A stretch of 63,130 bases of DNA, the filler included. It is 14 parts of 14 records of this genome, joined end to end, with 100 filler letters (N's around TTAATTAATTAA, not from the genome) between each part and the next. Parts side by side here need not be neighbours in the genome. Positions count along the whole stretch, not along the records: positions 60,131 to 63,130 come from SRR7504441_23629; 13 more parts are not named here. One strand, written 5' to 3'. Shown here piece after piece: positions 62,979-63,130 of this stretch. How positions within the stretch are numbered: the stretch's first letter is position 1; each line of letters begins with the position of its first letter. The translations under genes were made by a program, and so were the position numbers. The notes beneath the pieces were generated by a model. It made no database searches. It was not told the origin of the DNA and worked only from the letters and a program-made list of their open reading frames with translations.

Positions 62979-63130
62979 ACTAAGTTGAACCAGATCAAGG
63001 GGGTATGTCATGTGTATAATAAAAATCAACAGTACTCAGTCCGCATTCATCAGTCACTCGCAGTTAGTATTGATGGGTGTCTGGCTTGCCTCCTAGGAAC
63101 CATAGGTGTGTAGCTCGATACAGCTCGGTA

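Noticed and set aside
1-63130. Alternative genetic code or selenocysteine readthrough
   Set aside because: TAA, TAG and TGA each terminate conserved genes (PMCA, UFD2, 14-3-3). In-frame stops fall inside introns.

Overview
This is not a contiguous locus. It is 14 short contigs (about 3-7 kb each) joined by 13 artificial 100-nt N/TTAATTAATTAA linkers. The source is a GC-rich, very gene-dense eukaryote using the standard genetic code, most likely a protist; I cannot assign the lineage. About 36 protein genes or fragments can be read. Conserved genes include COMMD5, 14-3-3, UFD2/UBE4, a PMCA-type Ca2+-ATPase, tafazzin, a CDK8-like kinase, CZIB, a SMYD methyltransferase and a nitrilase. There is also a set of secreted glycan-degrading enzymes (GH76, GH3, GH78, two GH33/BNR proteins, a sulfatase) and many EF-hand/coiled-coil proteins. 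The ORF track is fragmented by tiny introns, mostly 34-48 nt. These often use GC donors (7 of the 32 I could pin down), have almost no donor consensus beyond G|GY, and have G-rich acceptors without a polypyrimidine tract. The most interesting signals are: (1) a Myb/MSA-type YAACGG motif just upstream of the ATG in 14 of 19 readable promoters, many of them tiny bidirectional promoters; (2) the unusual splicing signals; (3) unusual protein architectures, namely a probable double nucleotidyltransferase, a cystatin embedded in an EF-hand coiled-coil protein, a stand-alone secreted granulin missed by the ORF track, a CUE/UBA-caspase-like fusion and a degenerate PARP-like domain. All family calls come from motif recognition by eye, not from database searches.
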